24,971 nt of DNA, taken from NCBI RefSeq assembly GCF_001949145.1, contig NW_019091359.1, forward strand, positions 2,368,540 through 2,393,510, written 5' to 3'. The notes under the pieces were generated by a model that did not search any database, had not been told where the DNA came from, and worked only from the letters and a program-made list of their open reading frames with translations. Origin of the DNA: Acanthaster planci (taxonomy: Eukaryota). How positions within the stretch are numbered: the stretch's first letter is position 1; each line of letters begins with the position of its first letter. The position numbers and the translations under genes are program-made. Shown one piece after another: positions 22,801 to 24,971 of the stretch.

Positions 22801-24064
22801 GAAGTTGTTGTACTTTGCTCGAACTTCCTCACTTGTGGCACTAGCTACACTCTTTGCCAAATCAGCACTGAAAAGGAAATGTAACTATTACACATGCATT
22901 TTTGAGACTGTTTAGACCTCTTGTGATAAAAGGATCGGCGAATTAAAAAAAAAAGGTATGCCAACAAGAGCAGCGAACTGTATTATTAATAGAAAAGTAA
23001 CAATAAATAATTTATTCATTTTAAAAACATACTAATGTATTTATAAAGCGCAAAACATTCAGTAATATTGCTTGTAAAGACGATACATCATCATCCTGCC
23101 AAATATCCCAGCACCCTATAGATGTAGGATGTATCAACTGCTCGAATGCAGCCCTTTCAGGGAATTAATCAATAACCATCTCTGATATTGCAGGAATCCG
23201 TTTTACTCAAAGATGAAGCAATTATAGTGATACAGTGTCCTGCCTAAGGACACACATTGTAACATATCAGGCTGGTTTCAAACCCACAATCAGTAGAATA
23301 TACGCAGAAATTTCTAGATCGATGCTCCACAACAAGAGGCCTCGGTATGTTGAAGTGAATAACTGAAGGCTATTGACACAAAATGTCATCGACGTTGTGC
23401 AATGCTATAAGGGACGTAGAGAAATAAATGAAAAAGAAAAAGCAGAGGGTAAGGTTGACAGACTACAATTTGTTAACCACAGGTCAAGTTTGTCTTGCAA
23501 CTTAAGTGGTATTTTGTGTCAATCGCCTTCACTAGTACATTTCAACATTGGAGTATACGGAGGCATCGTGGTGTAGGATATCGATCTCGAAATTTGTGGG
23601 TAATTCTAGTCTTACATATGGTACAGGGTGTGTTCTTAGGCATGATACGTTATCGTCTATTATTGTTTCAACTCGTCGAAACAACAGAACATTTAAAATG
23701 GCGATATGTGATCGAAATGACCAAAACTGCCATACGCGAAGGATGCGGCCACTCCTATAACCTGGGGCCACGTGGAAGCATTCCCGGCCTCAGCATCTCC
23801 GTGCAGGCACTCCGTGTTCCAGTTGTACGGGCCGATGCCCAGGCGGGGAATCGGGGGCGCTGGGCCGTTGGGGCCGGCTCCACCGCGGGCCAGTTGAAGG
23901 ATGATGTCTTCGAGTTCCAGCCGAGAGACTAGATCATTCAGTCGTTCTTCCCAAGGCAGGGTAGCATTCTGGAAGGGAAACTCCGTCAGCCATACTAACT
24001 GAGGGCATGCTAGCGACAGCAGAATCAAGACCACGGGCGATAAAAAGCACGTTTTGTCTACCAT
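16856..24064 (-). CDS. Secreted glycoside hydrolase family 3 protein (beta-D-xylosidase-like; GH3 N-domain, GH3 C-domain, Fn3-like domain), 753 aa, 10 exons; canonical catalytic residues substituted
   Basis: Exons on the - strand: 24064-23736, 22867-22708, 21468-21289, 20780-20689, 20358-19884, 19360-19138, 18676-18587, 18489-18272, 17572-17369, 17146-16856. Total 2262 nt with an intact frame. Signal-peptide-like N-terminus MVDKTCFLSPVVLILLSLAC. GH3 motifs: IPRLGIGPYNWNTECLHG, WPQVIGVAASF, RHPLWGRNQETFGEDP, YLPAFHECI, VMCGYN, LRTEFGFKGYVVS, LPGHQ, PSGKLPFTWP, GRTYRYF, PLYPFGYGLSFT. About 14 N-x-S/T sequons. Confidence 0.93.
17994..18073 (+). repeat. 80-bp dispersed repeat, copy 1 (GH3 intron 8)
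   Basis: GGGTCGAGAAATTTCGCACATTGTGATTGGCCAACGCGTTGCAAACTCTTGGAGGCGCACTATTGTGAAACGCCAGTATT aligns without gaps to 24328-24407. Confidence 0.85.
20611..20668. repeat. 58-bp GC-rich near-perfect palindrome in GH3 intron 4
   Basis: CGTCGTGTGCCCGGCAGAAGGGCGTGAGC|GCTGACGCCCTTCTGCCGGGCACCCGACG: 29-bp arms, 2 mismatched pairs, no spacer. Confidence 0.92.
20984..21098. repeat. Relic of a TCGTGCGCACGA-type palindromic tandem repeat (MITE-internal type)
   Basis: GCGCACGAAATAATTATCTCGTGCGC (20984-21009, palindrome with one mismatched pair), followed by decayed units such as TTTTTCGTGCGTGCGCAAAATA. Confidence 0.5.
21526..21915. mobile_element. hAT-like MITE (~390 bp) in GH3 intron 2
   Basis: Imperfect termini CATGGGCGTTG and CGACGTCTATG, subterminal C-runs, and 8-bp flanks AATGTGAT / AATATCAT (6/8 identical, consistent with a decayed target-site duplication). 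Confidence 0.5.
23000..23345 (-). mobile_element. Degenerate tRNA-derived SINE in GH3 intron 1
   Basis: On the - strand, a B-box-like GGGTTTGAAACC is followed by GTGTCCTTAGGCAGGACAC (resembling the GTGTCCTTGRGCAAG block common in tRNA-SINEs) and a tail GCGCTTTATAAAT leading into AT-rich sequence. Boundaries are approximate. Confidence 0.55.
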
Positions 24065-24294
24065 TTCGTCGAGAAAAATAGAACAGGAAGGATCCAATTC
24101 CCGTGTACGTAATAATTCGGGAAGTTGACCTTCGCGGTGTTCGGAGTTTGGTTTGTTATCGTCTAAAACAAACTTTGAGTCACGTGCCTGTAGGTACTCC
24201 ACGCTATGGACTTTGAGGCCCCAACACTGTACCGCAGTTAATCTTATAGAGAGGCCCCTCATCTGCTCGTTTTTCTTCTCTATTTCCACAGTGT

Positions 24295-24344
24295 GCGAAA
24301 TCTGTCGACCCAGTGGGCGTTTGGAAAGGGTCGACAGATTTCGC
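24295..24344. repeat. Perfect 17-bp inverted repeat with 16-nt spacer
   Basis: GCGAAATCTGTCGACCC (24295-24311) and GGGTCGACAGATTTCGC (24328-24344). Confidence 0.9.
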
Positions 24345-24407
24345 GGGTTGTGATTGGCCAACGTGTTGCAAACTCTTGGAGGCGCACTATTGTGAATCGC
24401 CCGTATT
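24328..24407 (+). repeat. 80-bp dispersed repeat, copy 2 (upstream of the GH3 start codon)
   Basis: GGGTCGACAGATTTCGCGGGTTGTGATTGGCCAACGTGTTGCAAACTCTTGGAGGCGCACTATTGTGAATCGCCCGTATT, in the same orientation as 17994-18073. Confidence 0.85.
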
Positions 24408-24971
24408 GGTCGAGTTCGGGCGGCCTGTTGTTGACACGGATTTCGTGTTCTCGCGCTCAAACGGCGGGAACGCGACCCAAGACACTGTTCTCAGAACAGG
24501 ATCACACACCACCTCCTCGTCAGGGTTTTACACGACCAAGCGGGAAAACCGTGAGATTTGATTTTTAATTAAACAGCCGCAAAAAGTATCGATATGGCTT
24601 ACAAAGCCGGAGACAATGGAAAGTTTTGCAAAATTAATGTTAATAATTTTCCATGACAGACATTAATTTTTAAAATGGAAATTAAAGAAGTTAGCCCAGT
24701 TATTTGACATTAACTCTCAAAAAATGCACAAGGACGCTGCCATGTTGCATGTTGCTTTCCACAAATAACCACCAGTTGTAATAACCGGTTGTACGTTCCC
24801 GGCGTTCGAGAGGCCGATCCACGAACACAAATCCAGCTGTTCGTGAACAAACAAGAACAAGCCACCCGAACTCAGCCATTTCTAAACGTTGTTTTGGAGT
24901 ATGTAATTATTTGTACGATTGGTAGGAGCATCAACTTAGAAAAAAAATTGGGGGCATGATTTTCAAATTCC

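Noticed and set aside
24065..24460. In-frame 132-codon extension upstream of the GH3 ATG (ORF 23693-24460)
   Set aside because: It runs through the dispersed 80-bp repeat, has no protein-like features, and would bury the signal peptide that begins at ATG 24064.

Overview
Eukaryotic (animal-type, intron-rich) genomic DNA; a marine invertebrate is my guess, but the sequence alone cannot establish that. Three complete spliced genes can be rebuilt by hand, all with GT-AG introns and consistent phases. (1) and (2) are a head-to-head pair of paralogues: gene A on the - strand (1100-5747, 8 coding exons, 332 aa) and gene B on the + strand (9141-15593, 8 coding exons, 325 aa). Each encodes a type II membrane-anchored protein whose extracellular part is a stand-alone bacterial-type amino-acid solute-binding domain (SBP family 3; HisJ/LAO/ArtJ/GlnH-like), with no permease, ATPase or ion-channel segment. 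(3) is a 10-exon, 753-aa secreted glycoside hydrolase family 3 (beta-xylosidase-like) gene on the - strand (16856-24064), convergent with gene B. Its frame is intact, but the expected nucleophile (SD to SE), acid/base (ExEGxDR to ENVGLDR) and KH motif (KH to KD) are all substituted, suggesting a pseudoenzyme or altered chemistry. Introns and intergenic DNA hold MITE and SINE relics, a 58-bp GC-rich palindrome, an 80-bp element shared between the GH3 upstream region and its intron 8, a possible FN3 relic, and one assembly gap. All alignments were done by eye from recalled family motifs; no database searches were run.
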